Source: Lobosporangium transversale
Taxonomy: Eukaryota
Reading direction: 5' to 3'
NCBI RefSeq assembly: GCF_002105155.1
Contig: NW_019029008.1
Coordinates: forward strand, 124,001 to 188,000
DNA: 64,000 nucleotides
The position numbers and the translations under genes were made by a program. The notes beneath the pieces were generated by a model. It had not been told where the DNA came from. It did not search any database and saw nothing but the letters and a program-made list of their open reading frames with translations. The first letter of the stretch is position 1. The number at the start of each line of letters is the position of its first letter. This document shows positions 1 to 14,270 of this stretch, piece by piece.

Positions 1-581
1 ATTGATGATCCAAACGCACCAACAGTTTTGTAAAAGTTTTTTTTTTTATGAGACAAAGCAAACCAAATGAACGAGATGAAGAGTGAAAATGAGAAAGTCT
101 AACGGCTAGATAAAAGACAGGGAAGAAGGAGATAAAGACGAGAGGGGGGGGGGGAGGACAAAAGATGAGGCAACGAAAAACAGAGCACTAACGCGCCAAA
201 TGCGTGTGAATGTAGGAGAGAATTGTGTGTTTTTGTTCTCTGTGTGTGTATATGTGTGTGTTTGTGCTTTTGTGTGTTGTTCTCTGTAGGATGGATGAGA
301 TAGATGGACGTCCATGCACGACACGTTCATTGCGCTTTGCTTGGAGAGACATCATCAAAAGTGAATGTTAAATGTGCGTGAATGTATCAATGATTGGCGT
401 CTTTGTCAGCACCCTCAAACATACATTGAAGTGGATAAGGATAGATTCAGAAGGGTATTGAACTAAACAATTAGGTGATTGATTGATAAATAACTCACCA
501 CAAATAGGGACAAGCAAGGAAGTCAGAGAAGAGAAAGAGGGAAACAGAAGCAACAGACAGACAGACAGAAGAAAGAGAGAT

Positions 582-582
<1 letters not shown>

Positions 583-623
<41 letters not shown>
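583..623. repeat. (AG)n microsatellite
   Basis: About 20 consecutive AG units read directly. Confidence 0.9.
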
Positions 624-631
<8 letters not shown>

Positions 632-3122
632 AACAGACACAGAAGCGAGGACAAAAGAAAAAGGCAAAAGGGACACCCATGCAAACGAAACTCGAAAAAA
701 AAAAAAAAACCAAAAAAAACGAACCTTCCAATGCAAACAATAAAGAGTGTCTTGACTCAATTGGTATCGTATGTATCGTATACATTTCAATCCAACTCAA
801 TCCGCTTTTGTTGCGGGAAACGAGGAGCTGCTGGCTGGTGCGGGTACAAAAATAATGGGACAAAAAGGGCGGCTCCGCTACTTTGGGATAAAAAAAAAAA
901 AAGACAGCCTACTTTCACCATTCCACATGAAGAAAAAAAAAAAAAACTCGGTCTAACTATGAACCTGTTACTTTGGCTTTTTGCCCAGGACCTGGATCTG
1001 GACCCTATTCAGAACTGTAATATGCAGCCATAGCGCACTTATGAGCAAAGTCTGCACAGCGATATCATTGTACCGGTCGCTCCACCAACCACCATCTTCT
1101 CCATCATTAAATGCCATGTCTCGTCTTAGTCAGAGTTTTCCTTTTTTTTTTTTTTCTTTTTTTTTCCGCGAGTCATACTCCCGAGCGGGAGAGAAACGGA
1201 ATACTTGTAGCTCTTTTGACCCTTCTGTTTATCACTAAATGAAAGCTTGCTTGCTCCTTTTCTTTTTTTGCCCCCTTTATTTTATTTTATTTTTTTATTT
1301 TGAAAGCTTTAATAGGATCCAAGAAAAGAGAAAAAGAGGAGAAGGTATATATATATATATATATCTGTCTATTTTTTTTTTATTTTTTTGTTTTTTAATG
1401 TAGCTCGTAAATGAAAGAGCTTTCAATTCTCATTCATATAAAATAACCACCAGAAAGTAACAGTAAAAAGATATTTCCAAGTCTGGGGATCCAATGTCCA
1501 TATCGTGTCGTTTCGCAAAAAAAAATAAAAAAAAAAAAGTATGGCTAAACAATTTCATGCTGTAAACAAAAACAAAAAAAGTTGGGTTTGTTTGTGGACT
1601 ACGTGTAACATTAAGCGGCGTCAGATGCTTTTTCATGGTGTTTCGTCTTTGACTCAAAAGGTTACAAATCATGCTGATGGTGGCAACAGTCCATTATCCT
1701 GTCTGGAACATCATTTATCGATGGAAAAGAGACAAAGAAAAAGATGTATCACGGATGCCTTCCAAAGGATTAGGATATTGCATGGTCTCGACAAATGCTT
1801 TTTTTTATTATTACTATTATTATTAGTGTATATAAAAATATTTATTCACCCAATTTAATCCGCAAATAGTATTCTGTCCAGTTTACTGTATATTCCATGA
1901 ATTAGTAAAATGTAATGATTGATAATAATAATAAAAAAAAAAACCCCCTTCACATTGTGCGATATCATTGTATACAAAAAGATGTGCCTTTTTCTGTAAT
2001 TAAGAGATTCTGTCCGTGTGAACAAAAAAAAAGTTTAACCCCACATTGAGAGAGATAGAGAGCATAACAGAGAAAGCTGTGCAGCTGCGAGTGAGTAATG
2101 AGGAGGAGGCGTGTTACTCAATTGGATCGACAGACAAGGGCAGGGGCCACATTACAACAGAGAGAGAGATGAGCAACAGAAGCAATAGACAGAAAGACGC
2201 CGAAAGGGGAGAGGAGACAAAGAGACAGAAATTCAATGATAGACAGAAATGGGCCAACTCTATCTCATGTCCTACCATACAATGAGAGCGATGTGAGAAT
2301 CGTACCTGTCCTTCTGTGTCTGTGAATATTAATCTAGCGGAACAAATACACTTTTAGCTTCTTTCTGTCTTCCCATCTCGAACTCCGTGCATGGTCTGTG
2401 TTTAGTTGTGTGTGCTCTCCATCTGTCACATCTGTCCGTCTGTCTGTCTGTTTGTCAATTCTTCCCGGACCAATCAAATGAAGGCCAACAACTCTACTAT
2501 CAACAACCTTGGCGCGTGGTGGTATAGATTCTCTATTGGGGCACAACTGCTCCATGTATTGAGATATAAAAGTTTCTTTTCTTGAACGTTTTCATGCTCC
2601 TGAATCTAACCTACGTCCAACATGTTCACTTCGAGGATGCTTTATTATTTATTGCTTTTGTTATTATTGGGACTGGCTTTAGTGATATCGATAGCCGGTA
2701 GAATTTCTTGGCATTGTCTGCAGGAGCCAGCTTTCCAATGGCTTCCCTTCCCCTTTACGACTAAAAGGACTAAAGCCCGTTTCTGATCCGCTATTATATT
2801 TTCTTTTTTATTATCCTCTTCTTCTCCTGTTAATGAAGCCCTTGATACTAGCCTACTTCGCGTGCCAAGTCCAAATAAAGAGAACACAGACAAAGAAATA
2901 AAAATATCTTTCGCTTCATGGCCTGTCATATATTCTCAGCAGCCCATGGCGGAAAAGAAAAAAGAGTGTAAGATCCCACAACCCTGCTGGCACCCATAGC
3001 CTCCTCTTCCTATTTTCATAGACATTCAATGTTATCCCTTTTGCTGGATCTAATAAATAATCGCATCATTTCACCTTTTTCTTTTTGTAATTCTACTTGA
3101 TTCACCAAAAGAGGACATCTGT

Positions 3123-3155
<33 letters not shown>

Positions 3156-3346
3156 CGCATTGTCTACATATCTTTCTTTTCCTTTTCCCTACTTTTTTCT
3201 TTCCTTTTTCTTTCCTTTTTCTTTCCTTCATCAGTATCCTTCTCATTTTTGCTTTATAGTATCAAAAGTTAACTCTTGTCTGTTTATTATAAACATATCA
3301 TAATAACCTACAGAGATCACAAAAAAAAAAAAAAAAAAAAAAAAAA

Positions 3347-4785
3347 ATGTCAACAGTAGCATTGATCCAAGACGATACTTCGGCGTCAACATCCGTAGAT
3401 GGATCTTCAACTGGACGTGACCAGAATGAGATGTGTAACACAACTCAAATTGTTCTGATTTCCCTTGGTATCACCATCGCCACCATATCCCTTTTGGGCG
3501 TTGCAGCAAGTTACTACATGTCCCAAAAGAAAAAGAAGGCTGAACAAAAGAAAAATAGAGCTGAGGCTGCTGCGGCTGCAGGAGAAGCGGGAGAAGGCGA
3601 AAATGAAAAAGAAGGGGCTATTCCTGAAGGAGCCGACGACAGAGATTTAGAGAAAGGTAGTACACCAACTGTTACGCAGGAGGTGTTTCATAGTGCAGAC
3701 ACAGAGTCTATGGACTCTGGCTCATATCTTTGGAGTGCAGGTAAGGATGTTCCGCCTACGTTGGTATTTTAAAAGAAAAAGAAAAAAAAAAAAAAAAGGG
3801 AGGATGGATGATTAACATGAAATTTATCCTTGTTATTATAGAAAATGGACACCCTGGCCCGAGCACATCAAGAATAGACCATGGAGTCAAACCAACTATC
3901 ACGCCAACAGAAAGTCAAACTACTATGGCAGATCTTGATACTGGAGTTGAAGGGGGAGATGGTGCTGATCGTACGCCGGATACAACAAAAACAGTGATAG
4001 AGGCTCCCTACACGGAAAGTATGGTTCCAGACGTGAGTATTGATGGATTCCAAGACCCTTCCTGCGCGATTGAGAACGAAAAAAATAGCATCAGTCCAGA
4101 TCTTTTAACAGCAGTGACATCAACGGCCCTTGCTCCGGCACCACCACATTTACCTTTATCTCATGAACATCAGCTCAATCGTCCAGTGTCTCCAGGTCAA
4201 CAACGAAACCTATCCCCATCTGAACCTCCAGGTGATGATCGTTCTGTCCTAGCTTCCACTTCTACAGCCAGTTCTGTAACAGACACATCTAATGATGATA
4301 TCTTTTATCAGCCACTTTCTCAGCCTACAAGCCCCATTGGAGGATACGATCATGCCACACTTAGAGGAGTGGGATATAGCGGAGCTAAATCCTCCGAGAT
4401 TTACGAATCCGTAGAGGAAGGCGCTGATGGTCGCAATGGCCTCTCACCATTTCCAGCATCTATCATAGTATTACCTCCTCAAAGAAATATAGGGAATGGT
4501 ATTAGTGGTGCTGAAACTGGAGTAGGCCTTCGGAACGGTGCAGCCATATTTGAAGGCCTTACGACCTCACGTGCTTTTCGAAGCTCGATTGAGGGACCAG
4601 GGCCTGTGGTCGGTAGCTTGCCAAGTTTTCGGCTTTTAGACGCGGTTTCGGAGGAAGCATTTGACGAGCATGGTCATTTAGCAGTACAGCAACTGCAGCA
4701 GCCTAGTGGGAAAGGGAAGTCGCGGGTGAAGAGCAGCTACCTTGATGACTACCGTGAACATCAGCGACAACAGAGACTGAAATAA
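3347..4785 (+). CDS. Hypothetical single-pass membrane protein with a low-complexity cytoplasmic tail (exons 3347-3740, 3842-4785)
   Basis: ORFs 3347 and 3808 join in frame through a GTAAGG..TAG intron at 3741-3841 (phase 1). Hydrophobic segment IVLISLGITIATISLLGVAASYY is followed by a basic KKKK. Confidence 0.75.
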
Positions 4786-5102
4786 GGAACAGTAGTAAAA
4801 AAAAAAAAAAAGAAAGAAAAGAAACTCAGGATCTGGATCCGGATTTCATCAAGGTTATCTATCAAACAAGTTCGCTTCATAATTTACAACTAATCTCAAG
4901 GACAAATAAAACGATAATAGCAATAAAAGCAATACAATAGGAATAAGCTACTTTTTTTTTTTTTTTTTTTTTTTTTTTATTATTTATTTTTCATTTTCTG
5001 ACTTTCTCAAACGGAGTGAAAAGAGATTGAGAGAAAAATGACTGCCATTAAAATGGCCCATGGCCTTTCCTCCCGCGCGCTTTGTGTTTTTTTTTTTTGT
5101 AT

Positions 5103-6370
5103 TTACTCGGCGTGGTGAGCGGGGAACTCAAAGACGACCTCCTTTCCGGTCAAGCGTTTGTAAATAGCGCTGAAGGTGTCGAGCTTGTACTCCAAAGAGG
5201 TCGAATCCTTGGGATCAAGGAAGCTATTACAAGGAAAGAAAATTAAAAACCTAAGTATGTTTACATACATAACAGAATGAACGCTCCAACTAAAACATCA
5301 ACTTGAACAGCAAAAAAAAAAAAATAAACTTACGCCTTGATGATGCGGCGCTGGTCAGTCTGGACACGAGTGCGCTTGCCGGTGATCTCGGTGGGGTAAA
5401 CCAAGTCCTCCAACAACTTCTCGTGGACAGAGGTGAGGGTGCGGGAGCGGGGGCGCTGCTGCTTGGCACGGGATTTGCGGGTAGGCTTGGCCATGATGCG
5501 GCGCTGGGCAACAAAGACGACGTGGCGATCAGAGAACTTCTTCTCGAGCTCGCGAGTGAGTCTGTTAAAAATAAATGAAAATAAAAAAAAAAATTGAAAT
5601 ATTAGAATATATCTTATCCTCATCCTTCATTGTATTTATATTTCTCCGTATTATTTTCATACCTCTGCTGGACCTTGTGGAAAGCCTTCAACTGGGGAAC
5701 GGGGACGAAGACAACGATAGCCTTCTTACCGTTACCGGTCTCGACCTTGAACACACGAAGGAAAATAAAAAATTTAATCAGATTTTGTATTCCATCAAAG
5801 TTGGATTTGGTTGCGCCTGGCCGTTGTTTGTTGAAACAGTTGGTTGTAATCGTTGTTTGAGCATCATTCCAGTAAGGATACCCCAAGGAAAGTTCTTATT
5901 TCTCATTCCTTTATATATTTTCAGAGGGTCTTGATGAAAAGTTTATTGGATATCCAGTTCCAAATATGTTAAACGGTCAAAACTGCTTCCGCAATTCCTG
6001 ATACATATACTAATAAAATTCCTGTGCTCACGAATTATTACAGAAAGGTCCTTTGGATGATCAAAGGTCCGACATGGAGGAATTCCGTGTAATTGAAGTA
6101 GTCGCTTTTTTTTTTTTTTTTTTTTTTTTTTGAATCATCGTTTCATCCTGATGCTATTGTTGTTCCCGAAAAGTTCAGAACATCCATACACTTTTTTTTT
6201 TTTTTTTTTTTTTTTTAAAAACTACTCACCTCCTTGGCACTGGCGATCTGAAGAGGCTTGAGATCCTTCTTCAAGTCAGCGACGTTGTTCTCCAAGTCAA
6301 AGAGAGCTTGAGCAACAGAGAGCTCGATCTCATCAGCAGGGCCGTTCTTGGCAATCTTGTGGCTGGCCAT
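5103..6370 (-). CDS. RPS7: 40S ribosomal protein S7 (eS7); 4 coding exons plus a probable 5'UTR intron (~6377-6810)
   Basis: Spliced translation [28 protein letters not shown]../[78 protein letters not shown]../[34 protein letters not shown] is classic eS7. Introns are GT-AG. Confidence 0.97.
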
Positions 6371-9300
6371 ATTGTTCTGTTATTTCCCCAATGATGGTTG
6401 ATTAATGTTTTTAGATTCATGTTGGTAGATGTGATTTTTTTGTTATTGTCGTATAGAAATCCATAAATCCATGATGTCAGAGAAATCATAATATCCATGG
6501 TTTAAGATGTCATCCAAATGAGTTCCATTTCCATATAGTATATGAAGTTGTTGGATCAAATGTTCGCCGTGTGCACATAATAAATAATCCAGATTCCATT
6601 GCATTAGATCAGGTTCGTTATAATTGTAATTGAAAAAAAAATAAAAATAAAAAAAAAAAAATAAGAAATAGGGAGAATGATATTAGCAATCATGATTTTC
6701 TTCGTCTTCTTGATTTTTGTCTTGTTCAGATGAACAGGGTGGATCCATCATTTTAAATCGATTGATAGATAGATAGATCGATGGATGAATGGTGTTCCTC
6801 CTCCACGCACTCAGCTCGCTTCTATTTCATGTTCGATTCTTACGATTCTGAAAAAGGGAGAAACACATTTGCGCTGAGCACAACTGATCTTAAACTGAAA
6901 AGCTCTCTTTCACATTTAGTAGTCATGTGATCTGCAATCTCTCAGAAATTTTTTTTTTAATTGATCGGCCTTCAGCCTTTATTTCAGGCACACACAAATT
7001 CGAGGAGAGGACAGGACACCTTGGGAAAAAAAAAAAAAAAAAAAAGCAAAAGCCCAAGATGTGATGTTTAGTTGCATCAGACCCGATGTTCAAAGTTAAG
7101 GAAATACTGATCCAGATTAACTATAAAGACATTTATGGAGCTATATTCATTTTATAACTCGCTCAAGATTTATAGAAAATAAAAACAAAATAAATACATG
7201 AACATGTAAATTAATTAAAGGATGGCTATGCTGCCATGTCAGGCACAAAATACTAGGAAACTAATACACAGCATTGTATATATATATATAACATTGGGGA
7301 GTATCATTTCTACATGCCAGAGTAATTGCCTGTGGAAGGGAAACAAGTAGGAAAGATCCTGATTATGATTGGTCCGTGAGCATAAATACACACTAGAAGT
7401 GGATAGTATACTCGGGTTGGATAGCAATAATATAAAGATGAATGTGATTATGGAAAAAAGAGTGGACCACCGGGTGGCGGGACAAAATATATAAAAATAT
7501 ATACATTTAAATATAAAAAATATATAAATATTCAGCATTTTAGTGTGTGTGTGTGGGAGAAAGGGCTTTGTGTTCCCATGTGTTGACAAACTATGCTTTA
7601 AATCCTCTTTAACAATGTCAATGTCAATGAGTGCGCATCTTTAGGATCCGTGCCTTTGCTCAACATGTATTTTATCATATTTTTATATGCCAATGGTTTG
7701 TCTACTATATTTCTTCAATGACCAAAAGGCAAACGGATCATAAATTTGTTTCTATTTATTTTTCTATTTTATTTGTATTTGTTTATTTTATTTTATTTTA
7801 TTTTATTTTATTTTTGTTTTTTTTATACAGATCGATGATACGGTTTCTATCCTTGCTTGCAAGGGCAAGGAGGCATTGAGCTTCTACCTTACTTTTGCTT
7901 TTTTATTACTGTAATTTTTTTTTTTTTTGCTCCATACTGGGTATCATTATTATTCATGCATAAAAATATCAAATATTAACAAGTAGCTAATGGATGAATG
8001 GGTTTGAGCTATTTAAGCTGTTCAATTGAGAGCGCAGACATATGATGTATTAAAAAAGAACAATTCCAATTTAATAGCAGTCCCTTGTTTCGGATGCACT
8101 GACGATCACACATCACCCATTGAAGACCAATGTGGGATGTGAAAAAAGAAAAAAAAGAAAGAGAAAGAGAAAAGAGGAGTGAAGAAAGTGAAGGATAAAA
8201 ATAATAAAGAGATTGCTGTTCATTCCGCAACGCAATCGAAAAAAGCTGCTGTGGATGATGACAGACAGGTTGTATCACCCTTACTTTGCAAACATAGGGA
8301 CTTCCCTTGCCTCCTTTTCCCCCCCAAATTCAATCCACATCCTTCATTCTCTCGGTCTTCTCTTTGCATACTTTTTTTTTTTTTCTTTTTCTATTTGCTT
8401 TCCTTCTGCAGACTCTCTATCCTTTCTCTACTGCAAAAAAAAAAAAAAAAAAAAAAAAAAGTAATTGGAGAGTAGGTAAAAGCTGTATTTAAACAACTTA
8501 GGTTTAAATAAGTTCATTCTGTTTCTGATCGATTACTGTGTGTTGTGGATGCAAATAAAAAAAATTTCAACAAACGCATGCACAAATCTGTCCCTTTTTT
8601 TCGTGTCTGTGTCTCTTTTCTCTCTTTTCTTCCTTTCCTTCGCTTTTCGCTCTTTCTCACTTTCTTTCTCTTTCTCATTCCATTTACTGAATGTCATTGA
8701 GGCTCATTCTACAAAGAATAGCAACTCTTCTTTTTAACTACTCCATCCTTTATTCTTTTTTTTTTTTTATCTTTCTCTTTCTTACATCGTAAGTTTTATT
8801 ATTTTCGCGGGTGTGTTTGTGTGCCACACTATCCATTCGCCTTGCCGTGTCATTGCCATGTGTTTAAGCAACGTTGGAGGGGGCAAAGCAAGGGAGAACG
8901 AAAGCCCTCCCCCTCAGTCTGCACTGGATCCTCCTTCCACCATAGTTCCTGGTGGTTCTTCCAGGCTGGTGCGGTCTTGGTTGTGTAGTTTTTTTTTTTT
9001 AAAAAAAAAAAGCCATGTCCGAAGAATGAAGGACTCATGGAAGGACAGCAATGGGTCTTTTTTTTTTTTTTTTTTGTCCCTCGTAAAAGCAGGCTGGTTC
9101 TTCTACTGGGAAAAAGTTGGCTAGGTGAAGGGAGAAAGATTGATGTCATGACCGCTGGCTCTTGGCCGTCATCATACTCTTCACCTTGGATACTGTTACC
9201 GTGGACCTATTTGTAGGCCAGGAGAACAAGCGGACGCTCTGCTCACTTTGACTAGCTTTTTTAGCATGTGCACAATGTCAATATTGGTACTAATGCCCCT

Positions 9301-9635
9301 CTGTCATTATCACACTCAACCGAAGATCTGATCAACACTCTTAGATCAAATTTCTCATGAAGGATTAAAGGAATGAAAAAGAAAAAAAAAAAAAAAAATG
9401 AAGAGGATCATCAAGGCGCCACCAGTCATGGTAGCGCTTCTGTCACCATGCATCTTGGGTCTGGGGGCGGCGTTCATACTGTGGCACCAACGAGATCAAA
9501 TCACCAAAAAAGAGCCTTGTGGCATGGGCCCTTCCTTTCCTTCTCTTCCTTTCGTCTATTTTACCCATCCACCCATTCATATCAGTGTGCAAACTCCCGC
9601 TCTTTCTTCACGATCCAATGCAAGGCTGTCTAATA

Positions 9636-9669
<34 letters not shown>

Positions 9670-10253
9670 CAACACTCCCTGTCCTTATTCTACACTTTGA
9701 CTTGTCTGATCAATAGAACAACAGCAACAGACAAGAACTTATCCTTGTGAAATTGTTATATGTGCATATAAAGCTCATCTCTATCTCACCGACAGGAAGG
9801 CAATAGAAGTTTTACAAACAGAAGACGGTAACGGTTTACTCTTGTCATCTGTTCGGCCTCTCATCAGAACTGCAAGTGACCTGTTTTATATCCGTCTTAC
9901 AAGCAAATTAAAGAGGGCCATAAAAAGAGGATCCGTTTGTATCTCTCTGTTGGTACCGTCATTGAAACATTCGGCACTCGACGCCACTCATCCACCATTA
10001 CAATAACGACAGCAGCAGCAACGACAATAAAAAGGCTTGTACACAAGACAGTCAATCTGCTATTGCACACTTCAAAATTGGCTGAATTTGCTCATTACCG
10101 CCAATCATCTTTACTTGGTCCGCCCTCCCAGTCAAGTTCAGTACAAAAAAAAAAGGGACAAGCGCTTTGCTCAATTTTTTTTTTTTTTTATTATTTAAAG
10201 TATTACAACATTAAACAAGATAAAATAAGGTCTGGAAGACGGGGTCGCCATCC

Positions 10254-13200
10254 ATGACTCGAGCAGCGTCAAATCGAAAGCAAAGTGCAGGAAGTGCATC
10301 TACGAGTACCAGACCTGGCCCAGTCTTCAGAGGCCGAGATGTTGTATTTGTTGATCCACTCGGTAAGTGATCATTAAACAAGAGAAAAAAGCCGGAAGGG
10401 GATGGAATCCATGTTTAAGTCATTTGTGTTATGTGAGATTCGTTTGGATTGGATGGCGCATTGCCTCTTGTCTCTCTCTCTCTCTCGTGTGAATTGTAGC
10501 AGGTCCAGAAAGAGAAAGACAAGAGGGGTCTACCTTGGCCCCTCAAAGACTGACACAGACACCACCATCAAGGAAAAAGTGGCACAACACACACAGACAC
10601 AGAACATGGGACACAAAAAATAAAATAAATAACATTTGCATGCAGTGGAAAGAACGGGACAACGGGCAATACAGTAAAAACATTGCAAATAATAGTGGGC
10701 AAAGGGCTAAAAGTTTATTCGTGTCCTCTCTCTCTCTGTAATGTAGATGACAAGGAAAGTTACTGGTGGCCCGCAATGGTAAATGCTTTACACCATGTGA
10801 AATGCACAAACAGCCATTGTCTTTCATGTACACAAAAGTCTTTATTGTGTGTGTGCGTCTGTGTGAAGATGGATCTTTTACGATTCTAACGATCCTATGA
10901 TCGCACGTTCTTGTTCTGCTCTTTTCCCATTCTCTCTTCTCTCTCTCTCAATTATCATCGCTGTGTCACACGGATTGGATAGATCGTTCCTGTTCCAGAG
11001 ATCGATTCATCAATGGATTGCACGGTCTTGAACCCGGGCGAATGTCTAGTCAAATACTTTGAGGACAACAAGTACTCTGTCGTACCTTTCACCGATCTAC
11101 AACCATTCGTCCCAACAACCATCCCATTCCTCGAATTTGAGCTTGCGGCTGGTCAAAAGTTCCTCAAGAATGGTGGCGTGGTCAATGCAATGGCTTATCT
11201 CGAATCCGGTAAGGTCAAGCGCAAATTCTCTTGGTATCGCTGGGGTACAGCACAAGATCAGGAGCTTAGTCTTGATATGCTCAAGCACAACAAACCCATC
11301 TCACTGCCTTTGGTCACCGATGAGGCATTCAATGACATGCAGCAAACTATGCAGCGTGGTCCTAGTAGCGGTATCTCTTCTTCAGAGGCATCTTCACCTA
11401 CGACCTCGGCCAAAAACTTCACAGATAGCGAGAATGACAGCCCTAGGACTTCATCTTCTTCAATATCATCGTCAATATCAGCAATTATTAGCAACGGTGG
11501 TAATCTGAAGAACGGTTTGCAGCGGTCAAATGCTGGAGCGACATCTCAGTTGATAGAAGGCCTGCTCCCTTCGCCTGTTAGTCTCAACGATCTGCCAACA
11601 GAGTCCATGGATGAAACAGAGTTCAGTCCCCGTTCAACGAGGGCCAAGGTGGATGGAACCTTGAAAAAGGATAATCCCATCACGCCTTCACCGAGCCGGT
11701 CACGTTCCCGTCGAGGCAGTAGGGACACTGACAGCAAGGCTAGCGTAGCTTCTACTGAAAAGGAAACGATGAACAAGCGATCCAGAAACGTCAGCGAACA
11801 GTCATTTTCATCGTCTTCTCCTAACTCCAACACAACGACAGTGCCACCGACCTCCATACCAGGAATGGCTGCATCTTCTGAAACATCCACACATGGAGCT
11901 GCTCACAAGAAACGAAAGATGACAGGGGGTCCATCTGTACTGATTTACCCTCAAAATACCACGCAAGATGGTGTAACCTCTGCTTCCAACCGTTCGTCTA
12001 GGCAGGGATCTGCAGAACCTTCTCCATCCCCTCGATCGACCCGGCACTCTTCTCGAAACTCAAAGTCATCAGATCCCGGCCAGCAAAGCCAAAGCCCAAA
12101 CAGTGAAGAGCTCGTAGAGTCACCTCAAGAGGCAACAGGACCCGTACGATTACAAACTCAGCGTATGACAAGACAACGATCCACTCCTAAGAGCGCAATG
12201 GGTGTTACTGTTCCATCCCCCTCTGTCCTATCGGATAAAGCGAGTCCTACAGACACCCCTATGAAGGAGGAGGTCGTTGATAATGGGGAGACGCCTCAAA
12301 AGGATGAAAATGATGTTAAATCATCAGCCGGGGATGTAGAGCAAAAGGGGCAAAGTGGCACGATACAGAAAACAGAAGATGACTCGACGGCGATGGACGT
12401 GGATGCGCCAGGGGAGCTCAGAGACGACAGCAAAATAAAGCACCAGGATTGCGAACAATCCTCCTCATCTTTACCGCAATTAACTCTTATGTCCTTATCT
12501 GAAACATCCTCCTCCTCGTCATCACCGTCCTCAATAGGCCTTGAGGAAGAATCACCAGAGATAGGCTCTTCCAGCAATGGTCTGCTCCAACCACTGGAGC
12601 GGGAGCGTCGCGAAATAAAATACAACTTTCAACATGTGCTTCCGACGCTGGCGATCGGATCCAAAGAACGTGAGGCATTCTATGAAACCATTATGGACCA
12701 CCTACTAAAGTTGAAGCAAGAACATCGAAGGTTGAAAGAGATTGTAAAAAACTCCGATTACACGCCAAAGGGCCGTCGAGCAACACGATCATCTCCGCAG
12801 TATCATTCACATCGGCATCACCATCACCATTTAGAGGAGAAGCCAAAAAAGAGAAACTCGCCTGCTCCTCCCAAGAGAGATTATCCTAATGGAGCAAACA
12901 GTGACGGCATGGGAGCTGGCAATGTCAATGGTACCAATGGCAGCAATAAATCAAATGCCTCAAGTAAAGTTGGCTCGACAACTATGACGTCATCAACGAC
13001 TTCAGGATCATCAATACCTCCATACCAAGGCTCCACGCCTTCATCTGCAATCTTGACGTCTAATATCTCGGCAACGACTCGTCGATCAGCGGCTACGGCC
13101 GCAGCTGCAGCAGTAACTGCAGCAGTATCTCGCTCGAGCCGAGGAAGCTACAATACGAGCCATCTAGAGAAGAAGCGAGCTAATACAGCATCAGCAGCAG

Positions 13201-13259
13201 CATCGGTCGATAATACGGAATCAACTGTTTCAACGCGAGCTAAGCGACGAGCACGATAA
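10254..13259 (+). CDS. PWWP/Tudor-domain chromatin-associated protein with a long Ser/Thr/Arg-rich disordered tail (exons 10254-10362, 10747-10778, 10983-13259)
   Basis: Splicing gives ..GRDVVFVDPLDDKESYWWPAMIVP..ECLVKYFEDNKYSVVP, a PWWP-type signature. All introns are GT-AG and in frame with the 748-aa ORF. Basic NLS-like motifs are present (HKKRK, RAKRRAR). Confidence 0.85.
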
Positions 13260-13911
13260 AAAGCGAAGATTCCCAACATTCAAATATTGGTCGCCAATTG
13301 TTCAAACAGCATTGCAAAAAATTATTTTCCCCATCTTTTTTTTTAACTTTTACTTTATATTTTATCATGCATAACGGAGCGGAGTACAAGGGCATTGATC
13401 GCCTCATCTGTGTATGCTGATGGTGTTTTATTATTATTGTTATTTTTTCCCTTTCTTTCATTCACTTTCATTCTTTCGGTTTATCTGTATTTCATGTAGA
13501 AACTATTGACAATTCTTTTTTTTTTTTTTTTTTTATATTCCTTATTGGCGACTTTTACTTTTATTTTTAAGCTGTAAAACAAAACAGTGCCCTTACCAAC
13601 ATAATAAAAACGATTGCGGTTATAATAATCACTCCAAGAAAGATTTCAATTAGTTTACCATGTTTAAGCTTCGAAAAAGAAAGGCATTGCAAATTAGTCA
13701 GGATAACCCTGTTAATGATTGAAAAAAAAAAAAAAAAAAAAAAAAAAGTCAAAGTGATAAAAGGCTTGAATCAGTGAAGCAGTGACTGGAGAAAGATGCA
13801 CGTAATGCATGCGTTTGAATGAGTTCATATGAGTAAGTATGGCGAGTGAGAGTTAAAGAGAAAGAAGAATAAGAAACAAATTAGATTTTTTGATCCTTTA
13901 AATCAAAATGC

Positions 13912-13918
13912 GAGTCAT
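13912..13918 (-). promoter_or_regulatory. Candidate Gcn4/CpcA (general amino-acid control) site ATGACTC upstream of SER1
   Basis: GAGTCAT lies ~355 bp upstream of the SER1 ATG, with near-matches TGAATCA (13768) and TGATTCA (14005). SER1 is a Gcn4 target in yeast. A short motif like this could be chance. Confidence 0.4.
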
Positions 13919-14270
13919 CAAACTGCTTTCTTTTGTTCTCTGTCGGAGAAAGAAAAAAAAAAAAAGACACCCCGCATTATCCAAAAGAGGCAGGTGAGCG
14001 AAAATGATTCATTCGATTTCTCTTATCTCTTACTAAAAAAAAGTGATCTGTCATCAGTGCTTTGTTGACATCAAACTATTGAAAGTTAGCAAAAAAAAAA
14101 AAAAAAAAAAAAAAAAACCAATATCAATTACCATTGCACATAAAAACAGAGACCGTTCTTCATTCCCTCTCTTCCTCTCTCTCCCTTTTTTTTTTTTTTT
14201 TTTTTTTTTTCTTCTTCTTCTCAATTTCTTTCTTTCTTCTCATTCAGTAACAACAATTACAAAAAAAAAA

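Noticed and set aside
106..3303. Many short ORFs rich in K/F/R-E/S-L
   Set aside because: They are translations of poly-A/T and (AG)n tracts with no domain signal. The same applies to 7.2-9.9 kb and 22.7-25.3 kb.
5778..5866. Possible intronic C/D snoRNA in RPS7 (ATGATGC ... CTGA on the minus strand)
   Set aside because: The C box is imperfect, the CTGA coincides with the likely branch point, and I recognise no rRNA guide.
14043..14270. N-terminal extension of SER1 shown in the ORF track
   Set aside because: It starts at a non-ATG codon and is homopolymer-derived. Homology begins at ATG 14271.
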